Part shown: one piece after another, positions 63,996 through 64,000 of the stretch
How positions within the stretch are numbered: position 1 is the stretch's first letter
Layout of the letters: each line of letters opens with the position of its first letter
Assembly (NCBI RefSeq): GCF_018977255.1
Contig: NW_024704742.1
Span: 106,518,001-106,582,000, forward strand
From: Callorhinchus milii
Lineage: Eukaryota
Length of the DNA: 64,000 nt
Direction: 5' to 3'
Translations under genes and position numbers: made by a program
Notes under the pieces: generated by a model
The model's database searches: none
What the model was told of the DNA's origin: nothing
Seen by the model: the letters and a program-made list of their open reading frames with translations, nothing else

Positions 63996-64000
63996 TATTA

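Overview
Vertebrate genomic DNA, AT-rich and CpG-depleted. It is most likely from a cartilaginous fish, inferred from SacSINE1-type DeuSINEs and shark-type Penelope termini. There are no prokaryotic features. Two genes lie head-to-head. (1) Minus strand: a strongly diverged KRTCAP2/KCP2-like gene (OST-A accessory subunit family) with four identifiable exons: a start-codon micro-exon 56518-56538, then 32379-32533, 11825-11888 and 10739-10805. They splice in frame to about 97 aa. Intron 11889-32378 is a ~20.5 kb U12 (minor spliceosome) intron. The last exon was not confidently found. (2) Plus strand: the first coding exon of NUDT12 (63369-63574, ankyrin repeats). Between the genes is a CpG-richer promoter-like segment with a ZNF143/ACTACA motif and a ~650 bp TGAC/TGAG microsatellite. 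The rest is intron packed with L2 and CR1 LINE fragments, several tRNA-derived SINE families (one apparently chimeric), Penelope-like termini carrying minimal hammerhead ribozyme cores, a probable non-autonomous Helitron and MITEs. Protein and repeat-family assignments rest on remembered reference sequences, not on searches. TE boundaries are approximate.
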